Positions 45,246 through 58,253 of a DNA stretch of 64,000 nucleotides are shown here, piece by piece. Location of the stretch: the NCBI RefSeq assembly GCF_964355755.1, contig NC_092670.1, positions 39,172,388-39,236,387 on the forward strand, in the 5' to 3' direction. Positions within the stretch are counted from its first letter, which is position 1; each line of letters begins with the position of its first letter. A model generated the notes under the pieces. That model was not told where the DNA came from. It worked only from the letters and a program-made list of their open reading frames with translations, and made no database searches. Source of the stretch: Antedon mediterranea (taxonomy: Eukaryota > Animalia > Echinodermata). A program made the translations under genes and the position numbers.

Positions 45246-48200
45246 CTAATTCGGGCGTATGACATCTAATTGCAAACGATCCGGCGGAGAATTGGTTGTA
45301 AATGTTGTTACACTTTGTGGCGGAGAGTAGTATTCGAAGTCGTCATTTACATTATTTCGCCTCAATATCGAATCACTTCCTCGAGATCGTAGGCTGTGCC
45401 ACATGTTGCTATCCTAAAACACAATAAAATGTGTAATTATTATTATTTATTTATATTAGCCTCTTAAGTCAAAGACTGTTCTCCCAGAGGGCCCAGTGTA
45501 TAGTACGATGAGTTTGTGACAGTGATTATGTGTGTACTAGTACACCGGGGTGTCTCGAAAGATGTACCAGGTTATTTAAAGTTCACATGAGCCAGATGTG
45601 TACACTCGATCTACGGTATATAGTCCTTATCCGAGAAAGACTCGACTCGTTCTACCACCAGAACCATGGAGCGGGTGAGCCTTGAATTTTAACCCTTGCC
45701 AATGTTATGGCTACGTATTACGGTTCCACTGTCTTAACCGCTCGGCCACTCACTCGTGTAATTGACCTTATGATTTCGATATGAGGTACACCTCAAAGAT
45801 AATAATGAACTGTGATCCAACATGAGGAATTACGAATGGATAATTAATCATACATTACTTTTATAATGGGCCAAAAAGCCCCCTTAACCCTGCCACACTC
45901 TATCGAAAGAAGACGGACTGTGGCGATTCAAGGTAAATACTACTATAATGTAAAAGCATGTATGTAGGCCTACCTTCTGGTTAAACCGATTACGTGGTAG
46001 TTTTGTGAATGCAAAACACAATAATAAAACTCCTATAACGTTAAAAGCGATGACAAGACTATAGAAAACAATTCGATAAAGACTTTTATCATAAACTGCG
46101 CATGTCTGGACGTCTGATACTGATTCATGAAGAAGACACATGGCGTTATCGATAACTGGAAGGTATAGTAAGGTTGGAAAGAAACCTATAAAACAAAAAC
46201 AATGTTGTATCTTTAACTCATCGTCTATACAGAAAACCCTGTACTACTTACGGGGCGCCGTTTGAGACATGTATAATTATTTCCTCAACTGCACCTCGTA
46301 ATCGTACTCCTTTTAATTAGTAGTAGATTGTAATCATAGTGTGCGATATACCGCACTTAGTATCTCAATATATAAATGACGATTAATTTTAAGATATAAT
46401 AGGCGGACATTGAAACTGTATCGTTTAGTGTAAATACATTACTGTTGACCTAAATACAATATGTTTAGTTTCCGTACCTAAAAGTATCATCTGAAAAGTA
46501 CCAAATCCTAAAGTGTATGTGCGATCTTCTGATTTGACTACCCTGTGAATTACATAAGAATAAACTTCATAATAATTTTAAAATATCTCACAGCTTATTA
46601 TTGCAATATTGATTAACAAGGCGGACATTTCTTCAACATTATTGGGCGACACGATTTCGTTAAGTTAAACTTTTACCTTACAGATAGTAATATCATAAGA
46701 TTGATTTTTGCTGACTCCATAAAAAATATAGAAGCTATGGAAAAAGTGAAAGGTAAAGTCAAGTCACAATTCCAATCGCACTCCCCGTCCACAACAACGC
46801 TATTCTGACTGGTTTGGTTTAGGCCTGTTGCACAAGAGCATTCAGTAAACATCTATAGATCAAAAACAGCAAAACAAAGTGAAAGTTTAGATTTATATTA
46901 GGCCCTATGCAAATGTTCAATACAAACGTGTTTTGACCAACCCCTGGCCTTCTAAACCTAGTGTTAATGGTACAAACATTGACATGTGGGTTATCAGGGT
47001 TGGGATACTGGTAAGATTGCTAAACTTGGATCTCTTTAGGCCGAATCTCATTTACGCCAACTATTCTCCTAAAACCCCGTGCACAAGTTACAAAACACGA
47101 AAGCGTCAGTTTTATATTTGAATCCCATTTGAATATTAATAATTTTGTATTGTAGTACTTAGTATACTGAGTTATTACGTATTTCAACCCATAAGTTTAT
47201 CATTGCTGGTGAAAGAATACATTAATATATATCTTTGTATTCGATGATGAATTGTTGTTTTAAGTGAAAAATGAACTCAATATGAACCGTTGAGATAAAT
47301 GTCAAATGTGTAAATTGTTACCATTTTGTTTTCATTACTATTGAATTCGGCACTCTGACATCCGGCGTGGCAAGGTGTGATATAAGTGATGAGATTACTT
47401 CCACATACTGGTGAATACGTGTTGCTGGGACACATACACCCACAATGACTGTTGACGAAAACAACAATATCATTGGTAACATAATCCATATTTTGTTTCA
47501 TTTTCTCCAACTTCTGTAGTAAACATAGCAGTAAATAATTATTGAACCAAACGGACGTAAATTCACAAAGAAAATAGTGAACGAAAGATGTTTACCATTA
47601 AATCTTCCGTTCCATTTTAGTCGCGTGCAACGCGACTCTACAGCTCACTATGTCGGTCGGTAAGTTGGTCGGTCGGTAAACACTAACTCAAATTTGAGCA
47701 CGCGACTGCAGCCATGTACATGACCATGTTTTACAATGCATATTTCTTACTTGCGTCCTTTTGGTTAGTTCCAGTAATTTCGTTGGAGAAAACGTTTACG
47801 TTCATTAAACGCGGAAGTAATTAATTGTCTATGTATTCAGAAATACATTGTAAACACACCGAAACAAACAATTACATTCTGGAATTAAAATTAAAAAGAC
47901 TTCTGTGTACAACAGCTGTAAATGATAAGATAATTAGAACATTCATTAAGCGTAATTTGAGTTAAATTGACAAAAATCCCGTTGTCACTTACATGTCGTC
48001 AGTAAGACCAACAATTTCAGGATTCTGACAACCAGTAGTCAACATTATTGATAACGGAATAAGTACGCCCAAGATGCTAAGTACCAACAACGCTCGAGTA
48101 AGTACAACAGACTTAGGTTTGAAGATGCTTATGCACACACAACTGCTTAGACTTCCAACGATAATTGAAAATATTATAACACCTAATGGGAAAAAGAAAA

Positions 48201-50349
48201 TAAGTTTCCAAAACTTAAAAGTGTGCAATAGTCTACTTGAAAAAAAGCAAACGTCACAGTACGTATAGGCCTACTTTGTATTTTGTAAAAACTCGGAGTT
48301 TTGCCTACTTGGTATTTTGTAGTCGTCTTTGTTTAATTGAAACACGTTTGGCAAAATAACAAAAACAATTGTATTTACCTAAAGTTACCGAATAAGACAG
48401 GTTAGACATAGAAAATTGATCTTCGACGTAAGTCAGAGTAACAACGATGAGAGCAAAATTTACACTTGCAGTTAAAAGCACTGGTACAAGAACAGGATTA
48501 GTCAGTATTCGCTTATTCATCTTCAAAAATTCTGAGCCAAAACACAAAAATCAGTTAAATAATGTACAAAATATAATGTTATTGATACAGTATCTTCTGA
48601 AACACTGCTTTGTTGCTTTCTAAGTTTTTAATGATGTGTATTTACAAAAACTATAACAATTCATTTTAGGTATATTTTTCTTTTCAGTGAACTATAGAAG
48701 AAAGGTCAATTGATATGATAAAATCTCTGTCTACAAACTAGTTTGACAACAAAAAAAGTGATGTGCCCAAATATGTTAGTGATACACCAAAATATGGTAG
48801 TTATATGACATCACCATGTCCATATATGGGCACATCACATTTTGTTGCCACATAAAATTTGATAGTGATCTTACCACGCATTCTTCTAGATATTTTCATC
48901 TTCCCAGTTTGTGTAACAGTTGGAGCTCTAGATCTACTCGAGCGAATTGTAGAGTAAAAATCTTCCAAATCACTGCTGCTCGAACTTCTTCTTTTGCGCC
49001 TAAAGCATTTACACGATACTTGGTGTAATGTACGCGGGAACAAGGCAAGTAAGCAAGTACAGATAAACAATACACAACAGCTCATCACATATCCCCCGAG
49101 GACCCATATACCAGTACCACCAAGTTTAGGAATACGTTCATCATCAGGGATTCCAAGTATAGTTGCGATGATATACCACATCGGCCGACTAACACAGACC
49201 ACTATTATCAAAGTAGCTGTAATAGAAATTATTTTCTTAAAGATATATTGTAGATTTTTAAAAGATTTATAAAAAAGTAAAGATTTTTAATAGGCCATTT
49301 TGCAGTTTAAATTAAGTTATTTACTTCCAAAAAATGTTTACAAATTACACTCCAAGCAATGACAACATATTTGACTTTGTGAATTTTGATCCTTGGAAGT
49401 ATATATTATACTGTTATTATTTTATCTGGATTTAAGTTTAACAAATTTGTATTCAGAGATGAAATGAATGTTTAAAATTACACATATTCTGTTTACACTG
49501 AACTAACACAAATGTTTATGTAAACTTAGCACAAAGTGGACTCTGAACGTCCTTATATCCAAATCAAAACTATAAAAAAAAATGGATTCTAACTATCTTA
49601 CCGACATAACCAGCTGCCTTATGTGGGTCTTTAAACGTATCGTATATTAATGCAATGGATAATGGAACAAGTGGCACTTTGCCAATCGCATACAAGATGG
49701 ACCCGAGCATTAATAAGCTCAGCATTGATGATGACGTTGCTTCTACGTCATTCTTGTTAGAGGTATACTCATGAGTATAGTTACTATTGTTGTAACACAG
49801 AATATGTTTTAATCTTGATGTGTTTGTAGGTGTTTTATCCTTTTTCAATAACACATTCGGTATTGCTAAAATAATAACGCCGAAAACAGATATAAGTATA
49901 CCGACTGCCGTAACTCTCGCTTTGTTTGTCTTCGAGCCTATGTACGCCCATATTAAAACAGTCGAAACAGTTCCGGCTTTTTTCAAACTACTTGTGATGC
50001 TACTGTCCAGTTCCTCCACTATACTTGGAAATGTGTTTAATATAACATCGATAGCAGAATATGTAAATACAACCACACACGTCAAAAAAGTAAGAGTTAC
50101 TACATTTTCAAACTTGCAGGAACATTTACCTCTATGACTGTGTAGTTCTACACCGGTAGATAGTCTGTAATGTCTTTCCAATGAACGACTGATTGGTGGG
50201 CGAGTAATTCGTAGTGATTGGGTCCTTGGAGTGGGACAGCCAGACGGTGCGTGGTCGTCGAGAACAGTGTCATTTACTTCAAGTGCCGGTGCGTACTCCC
50301 AACTGAATGCTCTTTCGGGGTGGTTGTCTGTAGGCCTACCTGAAAACAT
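45246..50349 (-). CDS. Divergent OATP/SLCO transporter, paralog B
   Basis: Exon layout parallels paralog A: ~50349-49602, ~49216-48875, ~48533-48379, ~48183-47992, a Kazal exon ~47513-47322 (CMCPSNTYSPVCGSNLITYITPCHAGC), ~46854-46678, ~46543-46478, ~46186-45974 (FFPTLLYLPVIDNAMC) and ~45414-45246 ending in TAG. Confidence 0.8.
45440..45755 (-). mobile_element. Deu-SINE (tail type 1) in SLCO-B last intron
   Basis: Colinear with 11690-12000, including A-box tggccgagcgg and the Deu core. Confidence 0.82.
48723..48871. mobile_element. MITE family A copy abutting SLCO-B exon-2 donor
   Basis: atctctgtctacaaactagtttgac ... cacataaaatttgatagtgatct|tac. Confidence 0.8.
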
Positions 50350-51705
50350 ATTTTACCACTCGAAATGTAATGTTAACTACGGCCAACAAGGTAGCAGACA
50401 ATGATGTCTACGCTTAGACAAGTAAACAAGTTTAAATCATAAGTGTAAAGTACAAACGTTCGCGTCGAGATAATCAAATATTAGCATTAGTTGTCATTAT
50501 TGAGAAAACCGCAAATGACGATTATTATGACCGATTATGGGATATCTGATCGGACAGGAAGGGACTGAGAGAGAAGTGGGGGAGAGTAGGGAAAATGGCG
50601 TCGGTTAAATAGGATAAATATCCGTTTTACATAAAAATTATCTGTTTCTGCAGACATGTAATATTATGTAATACATTTGTTATAGTTAATTGCAATTGCC
50701 TAATTTTATATAACTATATTATGTACCTATTTCATCCTTAAGGGCCACAATAGAAATAAGTTTGACCATTGGTAACCCTGAATTCATTCCTGTAATGTTT
50801 TTAATTAATGTTTTGAATTCGAATAAAGAAATGAAAATATTGGAAATCAATAATTATCATTAGATACTCGACACGTTAACATCTCCAATATATTCATATG
50901 ATTTATTTTTCGGACACTAGAATAAAATCTTGAATTTTTATCTCTAGATCTTGTCTCTTCCGTTGTCACATGACTAAATTGACTGACTTTTATGAGCAAA
51001 TTAACTCTTTTATATTATAATGAAGCGAGATGGTAATCACCTTGTTCCAAGAAAGAGTGTAATTTAGAAGATTTTAAGAAAACAAAAAAATTACGTTGTG
51101 TCATAATGTTAAAACCTAAGAGGATTAAATAGTAGAAAATGGCTTAAATCAGTAACACTATATTGTTACATGTAACTTTTAACTCTGACTCTTATAACTA
51201 TCCTGAGAATATTTCTGACACCTATTTAATATACATATTTTATATAAAATCACATAGCTCCCGACGCTCGATAAAAGCGTAGTTAAAACCCTGAAGATAT
51301 ACAATAATGTCATCATTTAGTGCACGCGCGTAACATCATTATGCGCACGCAAATACCACCAACGTATGGCAAATGACTTTTGCATCAGTATTATGTGTTT
51401 TTTTTATGAGTTAACAAATTCAAATTACTTAAACTATTTACTGCTGACACTCAAATCTATTAGGCCTATTTTACCCGTGTTTGCCTGAAAGTAATAATGA
51501 TAAGTTATTGTATCGAGAATTTTGCAGGTGTATTTTTATACATGTGGGTGATTGTTTCAGGCAAAGTTGTTCAAAACAAGATTAAATTCCATTCAATCTT
51601 TGCGTTTAAAACTAGTACAGCCACAACAGAAAGAACTTAGTGGCACAACTTTTAACGCACGCGTTCCGACGCGAACATAAAATGTACGGTTTTGTACGCA
51701 TACTC

Positions 51706-51786
51706 TAAATCACTATCAAACTAGTTTGACAAATAAAGTGTGATGTGGCCCAGATATGGTAGTGATTTGACATCATCATGTCCATA
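51706..51786. mobile_element. Partial MITE family A copy
   Basis: cactatcaaactagtttgac...gtgatgtggcccagatatggtagtgat. Confidence 0.65.
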
Positions 51787-52013
51787 ACCAAGATGTTCAA
51801 AGAGGGACTCACAAACCTTAACAGGTTTATAGTCTAAAGGTCAAGGTAAATCAAGGTAAAATAAATGTAATGTTTAAAGCACTGCAACGCCAAAGTGTGG
51901 GGGAGGATAGACTTAAGGGAAAAGATAAGGACGGGACAATCTATCTATGGTTGAAAACATACAACACCTGTCCTACTTCATTTTTACACTGTAGAAGATG
52001 GATATCAACCAGG

Positions 52014-52353
52014 TTAAAGATGTATTGTCCCCCCGAAAAAATAATTATTAACATTTTTTTGTTGAATATGCCATTTTAATGTCACATACTAATTATTCAC
52101 TTTGAACAAGAATTTGATCAAAAAATAATAATTTTACCTGAAAAAATGTAAATTAAAGAAAATAATAGTCAAATTGGCTACCAGCAAATGGGATTTTGGT
52201 TGAATTTAACCATTTATTTTGTCATTTTATAAGTATATAGTGGTTTGTTTCTACAAAAGTGATTAACTTTATTAAAACTACAAAATACCTATACAAAGTC
52301 TGATTTAATTATTCTTCATTTTTTATCTTTTTAGGAGGACAATTACATCTTTA
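52014..52353. mobile_element. MITE family K copy
   Basis: ttaaagatgtattgtcccc ... ggacaattacatctttaa. Confidence 0.8.
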
Positions 52354-52985
52354 AGAATACGATAACGCTAAATCTATAGCTGTATACTAAGAATACTAAA
52401 AATAATTAAACCTCATTTGACCCCTTATATAAACGGTACTTTAAACTATTTAATGATACAGAATTAGTGTTTGTAAAATATATTTAGCGCGTTGAACTGT
52501 TAGACAGATTCGGTGTTGAAGCGTGCCGATAAGTGCCCCTCTATGTCCCAACCCTACGTCACAAGCACAAAGTATGTCATTAAACTATCTTATGTCTCTA
52601 TAATTGTCTTTAAAATAGACGCACAAGTGTCCATTTTAGCGTTTACTCTGAATTAGATGTCAGGTAATTAAAATAAGAATGATATTTTAGACATAGAAAT
52701 AAAGAAAAATGTTGATTTGCTGCAAAGAGCCCCCATAAAGAGAAATAGAATGCTTTATCTTCTATCTTGTCTCCCACCCACGCAATAACATTAAATTGCG
52801 TAATCGACGATCAAATCAATTTTCCGAATACAGTATAAACAACAACAGTATAAAACCATTTTAGGTCTACGAATTATATTGAAAAGAAAACACGCATAAA
52901 AAATATATATTATAGGCCTATTGTACTATAACTTATTTACTTATTATCATAGCATAATATATAGTATTGTAGTAATAATTATGTT

Positions 52986-53022
52986 GCACTGATGAAGGGC
53001 TAGTGTTGCCCGAAAGCTCTGC
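52986..53022 (+). ncRNA. Minimal type I hammerhead ribozyme (Penelope-like element type)
   Basis: gca-CTGATGA-a-gggc[tagtgtt]gccc-GAAA-gc-TC-tgc: intact catalytic core, stem II, 3-bp stem I and palindromic AGCT minimal stem III. Confidence 0.7.
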
Positions 53023-53769
53023 TTCTCTTTTTCTGGCTGTTTTACTTTATCGTTTTGATTTAGCTTTTTGCTTTTTTTATTTTGTATCCCCACTGATGCC
53101 CACAGCATTGTGATTTTTTCAGTAATTTCCATTTGAATAATAATAAATTTGTTCTTTTAATTAATATAAAACAATGTCAATAAAATTGAAAAATTGACAA
53201 ATCTGTGTCATGTGTTCACACCATAATAAAAGTGACATTTGCAAGTTCCCGTTAAGCGTTAATCTTGATTCCTAAGTGACAGATGGTATTAAAATATATT
53301 TTAAGTTGAGAAAATAGCTTGATAAGATTTTGTAATACACCATAAAGTCAAAGATATTGGTGATCATAAGATGAAGACAAACTACTTGCAAAAGTAGAAT
53401 TATAACCAAGGTTTAGAAGGTTAATCTCAGTGACGTCAGTGAGAAGGCGTTTAGAAGAAAAGAAAATGAACTAGCTAGAAGCGATTTGGTTTTATCGAAA
53501 GGTGGGTAATAAAAGACATTAAAAAGAAAAAACGGATTTAACTGGAGTACACAATGATTATATTTGATGAGTTTGCAAAAATAATTCTCTTCCGATTGTT
53601 ACTTGCCTCCGGGTCATATGGATTGCCGACGTGACATTTTGTAGAGCTTCGTTCATATGTGAGAATCAACATGTAAATATACGTTTGCATTCAAAATAAA
53701 ATTTTTAACATAAAACGGTTTGACCTATCATAGAGATTTGCAAACCACCACTTCGATGTTCTCCTCTAA

Positions 53770-54125
53770 AGCTGTCTACACTATCAAACTAGTTTGACAA
53801 AAAATGTGTGGTGTGTCCAAATATGGTAGTGATATACCCAAATATGGTAGTGATATGACATCATCATGTCCATATATGGGCAAATCACATTTTAAAAGTT
53901 TGATAGTGTAGACAGAGCTTATTGAACTCGTCAAAGATGCATCCCAGAAAACAGTATGTGCAGAAAGTTTGTCAAGCTTGGTTCTCTCTCGCAACGCAAG
54001 GATACGTGTACACGCAACGTAAGTGAGTTGACCAACCACAAGCGCGCGACAGCTCGGATGGTTTGATTGGTCGAACTACATTGGGTTGCGCTTACGACCT
54101 TGCGTTGCATCAAAGTGTGGGAACC
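53770..54125. mobile_element. Adjacent MITE family A (53770-53919) and diverged family B (~53975-54125) copies
   Basis: Family TIRs agctgtctacactatcaaac/gtagacagagct and agcttggttc/gggaacc. Confidence 0.75.
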
Positions 54126-55409
54126 GAATCTGTCTAATCAGAAAATCGAAAAATTCTCTAACAAACTATAATAAATTACTTTTATATTTAATTATATTTA
54201 TGATGTTCTTATAGAATTACCTTGATACAGTTATTGACTAAGCGGCTTGTTCTCGCTGATCGATTTTAACTTAATATATAAACCTTCATTTAACACATTT
54301 AACCAGCCTTATGCGGTTCAATCCAACGGCCAATAACCGGGTACACGAATTATTTGAAATTCATACATAATTTATGAAGCATGTACATCAACACTGAAAA
54401 TACACAGTTACACATCTGATACGCTGCTGCTCCATTTTATTACCAAGTGAACATTTATATTGTAATATAGTTTCTTTAATGTAATTTTATTTAACACTGA
54501 CAATTCAAAGTGCACATTAGAGCTTTATCTGTTTATATATAATATTCATTTTAATCGATTATGTGTATTATTATATATTCATTTTTTTTCTTTTATGAGT
54601 ATCTCCATCTTTATTCATTAATTAATGTATGCATACACTTTGATTTACAATAATTTATTATTTTATAATATAATAAAATAATTTATAGATCAATTTATCA
54701 ATTTAAGGCATTTATATAATTTTACCTAATTTAAACATTTCAGATTTTTCAATTGAAAGCAGATGACCTTTACGTTATTACGCAGAAGCCACTCCATAGA
54801 TACTGAACATCTGCCAACTAAACCTCTTTCTTCTAAACCTATTTCCACGAGACAGACATTGCCACATAATATTAAAACCTTATCATTCTGAAACTTTGAA
54901 ATCTACTTTGTACCCATTAAATTTCACTCTTCGCCGGTGTACCGTACTTTCCCATACCAATGTGAGCAGGGGGAGTGATCACTCTTTCATGGGGTGGGTA
55001 ACCGACACGGAGTTGGTGACACGTTTTACATTGTGTCTACCTATTCCAGAATTAAGCATAATTTAGATAAATACTATATAATAGTTGTGTTCAGTTTATT
55101 TTAAAGCAAGCGAAAGTCAACTTTAAGATCAATATGATTGGTTATAACGTAACCTTGAATTTTATAGAAATAATTTGATTACTGGAGATGACGTAATGTC
55201 AAAATATAGAACTCCAAATCGATATTATTTCATCGATTGCACGTTATAGTATACATTCATTCTATTAAGGATAGGCCTAACTCAATTCAATTCAACTTTT
55301 AGTAATCCATAACAATGTATATAACTGTATGTATAAAGGTATTGAATCAGGAGCGTTTTCAATTTTTGAAGGCTGTACACTATACCTAGTAGAACGTCAC
55401 AAATGCTAA

Positions 55410-55745
55410 AGCTTGGTTCCCACTAGAACGTAACGCAAGAACGTAAACGCAACGCAAGCGTTTTAACCAATGACAAGCGAAGTTATAGACAGTTAGCAAT
55501 CACAAGCGAATAAGCCATCGCTTGTGATTGGTCAATTCACTTGCGTTGCGTTACGTCGTTGTGTTGCGTCGCTAGTGGGAACCACGCTTTAGTTTCCACT
55601 AGAACGCAACGCAAGGACGTAAGCGCAACGCAAGTAATTTGACCAATCACAAGCGATGTATTATTCGAACTGTCGCTTGTCATTGGTCAACTCACCCGTG
55701 TTGCGCTAACGTCCTTTGCGATTTGTCCTCGTGTGAGAACCAAGT
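55410..55745. mobile_element. Tandem MITE family B copies
   Basis: agcttggttcccactagaacg...cgctagtgggaaccacgct followed by a second related unit. Confidence 0.8.
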
Positions 55746-56209
55746 TTAATGCTGTATGCTCAGTTATGTTGGAGGTCGGTTAGTTTTCAACAGAGTATTA
55801 TTGATGTACTTTTTAATACAATGTGTTCGGTCTATTATATCTAATCGCCGAATAATAATGAGATGATTAATAATTCTCGACATTCTCGTTCATTAGATCA
55901 AATGTAAGCATAATTAATAGTTATATTGTTGTTTGATATAGTATGTATTATGCGCATATTAACATGTAACTGGGTGCATTGTGTATGCTATGCGTGTATC
56001 TTGTAAATCGTTTCTGCTGTACAAAATTACAGTGTAGAACCATATCTAATATGAATGATAATTTAAGGTGACTTCTGAATAATACGACGATGGTTTTTGA
56101 CAGATCACTGTTTATATTTACATACATATATCTTTACATTACGTTTGTCAAGTTTCTCGTCAGTCACACTTGCACACAGACAGGTGGACACGCGTGAACA
56201 TATATTTCA

Positions 56210-56427
56210 TGGTACGCGTTTGTTATATTGCACGGTACGCGTTTGTTATATCGCACGGTACGCGTTTGTTATATTGCATGGTACGCGTGTGTTATATCGC
56301 ACGGTACGCGTTTGTTATATCGCACGGTACCCGTTTGTTATATCGCACGGTACGCGTTTGTTATATCGCACGGTACGCGTTTGTTATATTGCACGATACG
56401 CGTTTTTTTATATCGCACGGTACGCGT
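56210..56427. repeat. 23-bp minisatellite (cacggtacgcgtttgttatatcg), about 9 copies
   Basis: Direct reading; explains the three repetitive ORFs here. Confidence 0.92.
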
Positions 56428-57863
56428 CATTTTAAATGTATAAAATGTGTTCTCACTTCTAATAATAATAAGATTTTTATAGCGCACATACCACTCAAGA
56501 GTGCTCAAGGCTGATGAAATACTTATACTAATAGTCAGTATATATTTTTATTAAAAAGTATATAACTGCGAATTTTGTTGGCACTCGGGTTTGATTGATT
56601 TACGCTATTCTGCGGTGGTAAATTTGTGTTCCGATCCTACGCTTTGATATCATACTTGCATTAACTTAATGTCCCCTAGAGACTGATACTAATAATCCAT
56701 AAGCCATAATTTGGAACACCTCTTAAACCATTTGGCCAACGTACACGCATTGCTACATTTCATTACGTTTACAAAATGTATATGTATCATACAAATATGC
56801 TTACGATTCTGTAACATAATATATTTTTATTCAAATTGTTTTAATCTTGATTTTGTTGTTTTAAACATGACTTAATCGTAAAGGACACCCACGCTTGTTT
56901 GGTTGTTGAAGTATAGAAAGCATGTCTGAAATGCTGCATTAAAACGACTTATGTTGTATAATATCATATAAACTATGTTTCTTGTCATGCATTTAAGATT
57001 TTAGGTAAAAATAAACATTATCTAACCGGACGTATATCCGTCATATGCGATTTATACTGTTTAAAAAAACATTTCAAAATTGAATAAAGTAGGGAGGTTA
57101 ATAGTCGAATGTTTTGTTAAAATATTATTCTCCAAATGATGTTTTTATGGCCTCTTATTTTTCGGATTTACCATACTCTTTTTCTGTTTACGATTAATCA
57201 ACGATCTATCTTTATGTTTTTATAAGGTTAGAAAAAAAAACATTGAATTTAGTATTCCTTCTCATCCCTTTAAGGAAGAATTTGCGCATGCGCATGGCGT
57301 TTCATCCCCCGGTACTATTAATAACAACGAGCGGTGTCCACGAAGACGAGTAACCAAACAAATCTCGACGTACAAGGCTTTAGGGAATCGAGATTTGTAG
57401 AAAGTCAAAGCAGCTTGATACTGTTATACCATCCGTTTTCTATGGTTTAAATTGTGTTACACCCGTATCCAACTAAACTGTTTGGAGAAAAACCGTAAGT
57501 ATAAACAAACATTGTTTCTCGCGGTTATAGAAACACATAATCAAAACAATTAACTATGCATTATTAAAAAATAATATATTAGTTACTGTGTTTTAATCAT
57601 GTTTATCTACGGTAAACATTAACATGTTTAGTGTTTTAATTAATAATACACTATTGTAATTATTATATTATTAATGACATCTAATATAAATGATTATGAT
57701 CTGTATCCAGTAACTAAATTTATTTCATTTTAATGAATGTTAAATATCAAGAACTACTTGTAATAAATAAACTTCTCTAAATATATTAGAAATACAGTTT
57801 AATTAACATTTAAATGATTGTTTTTACTTTTAAGTATACACTATGTGACTATTTCTTTTGTAG

Positions 57864-58253
57864 ATGAATCGCTACATAATACTAGCGTTGTTTGCTAGTA
57901 TGATAATGCTGACCAGTTGTCAGAGTTGTTCGCTTGTCGATATAAAAAGCAAAGTTAAAAAAAAGGGATGCGGAGAAAGAATAATAGAAAATAAAGCGTG
58001 CAGAGGAATGTGTTTTTCGTACAGTCGAACTTCGCTGAAAAATTACCAGGAAATCGAACGACATTGTACTTGTTGCAAAGCGGAAGGCTATTATGAAAAA
58101 AAAATGAAAATCAATTGTATGCAAAGTTTTACAGGTAAGCCTAGAAAAAACCTCAGATTTACTATCCAACGGCCGACGAGATGTTCCTGTCGCCCTTGCA
58201 ATGGGCTTCGCGGTGTAGCCGATGTTGCTCCTATGCCTAAAAAAATTTCATGA
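57864..58253 (+). CDS. burs: Bursicon alpha-type cystine-knot hormone precursor
   Basis: Signal peptide followed by an 11-Cys knot: ACRGMCFSY, IERHCTCCKAEG (compare insect MERSCMCCQESG) and PTRCSCRPC (compare PLECMCRPC). An acceptor ttttgtag lies directly before the ATG and an upstream UTR-exon donor gtaagt at ~57495. Confidence 0.85.
   Translation: MNRYIILALFASMIMLTSCQSCSLVDIKSKVKKKGCGERIIENKACRGMCFSYSRTSLKNYQEIERHCTCCKAEGYYEKKMKINCMQSFTGKPRKNLRFTIQRPTRCSCRPCNGLRGVADVAPMPKKIS

Noticed and set aside
56097-56514. Three overlapping repetitive ORFs and a CRISPR-like periodicity
   Set aside because: This is a contiguous 23-bp minisatellite with no unique spacers, no cas genes and a eukaryotic context.
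57864-58253. Identification as glycoprotein hormone alpha-2 (GPA2)
   Set aside because: The CxCC and CxCRPC motifs and the 11-Cys count fit bursicon-alpha better.
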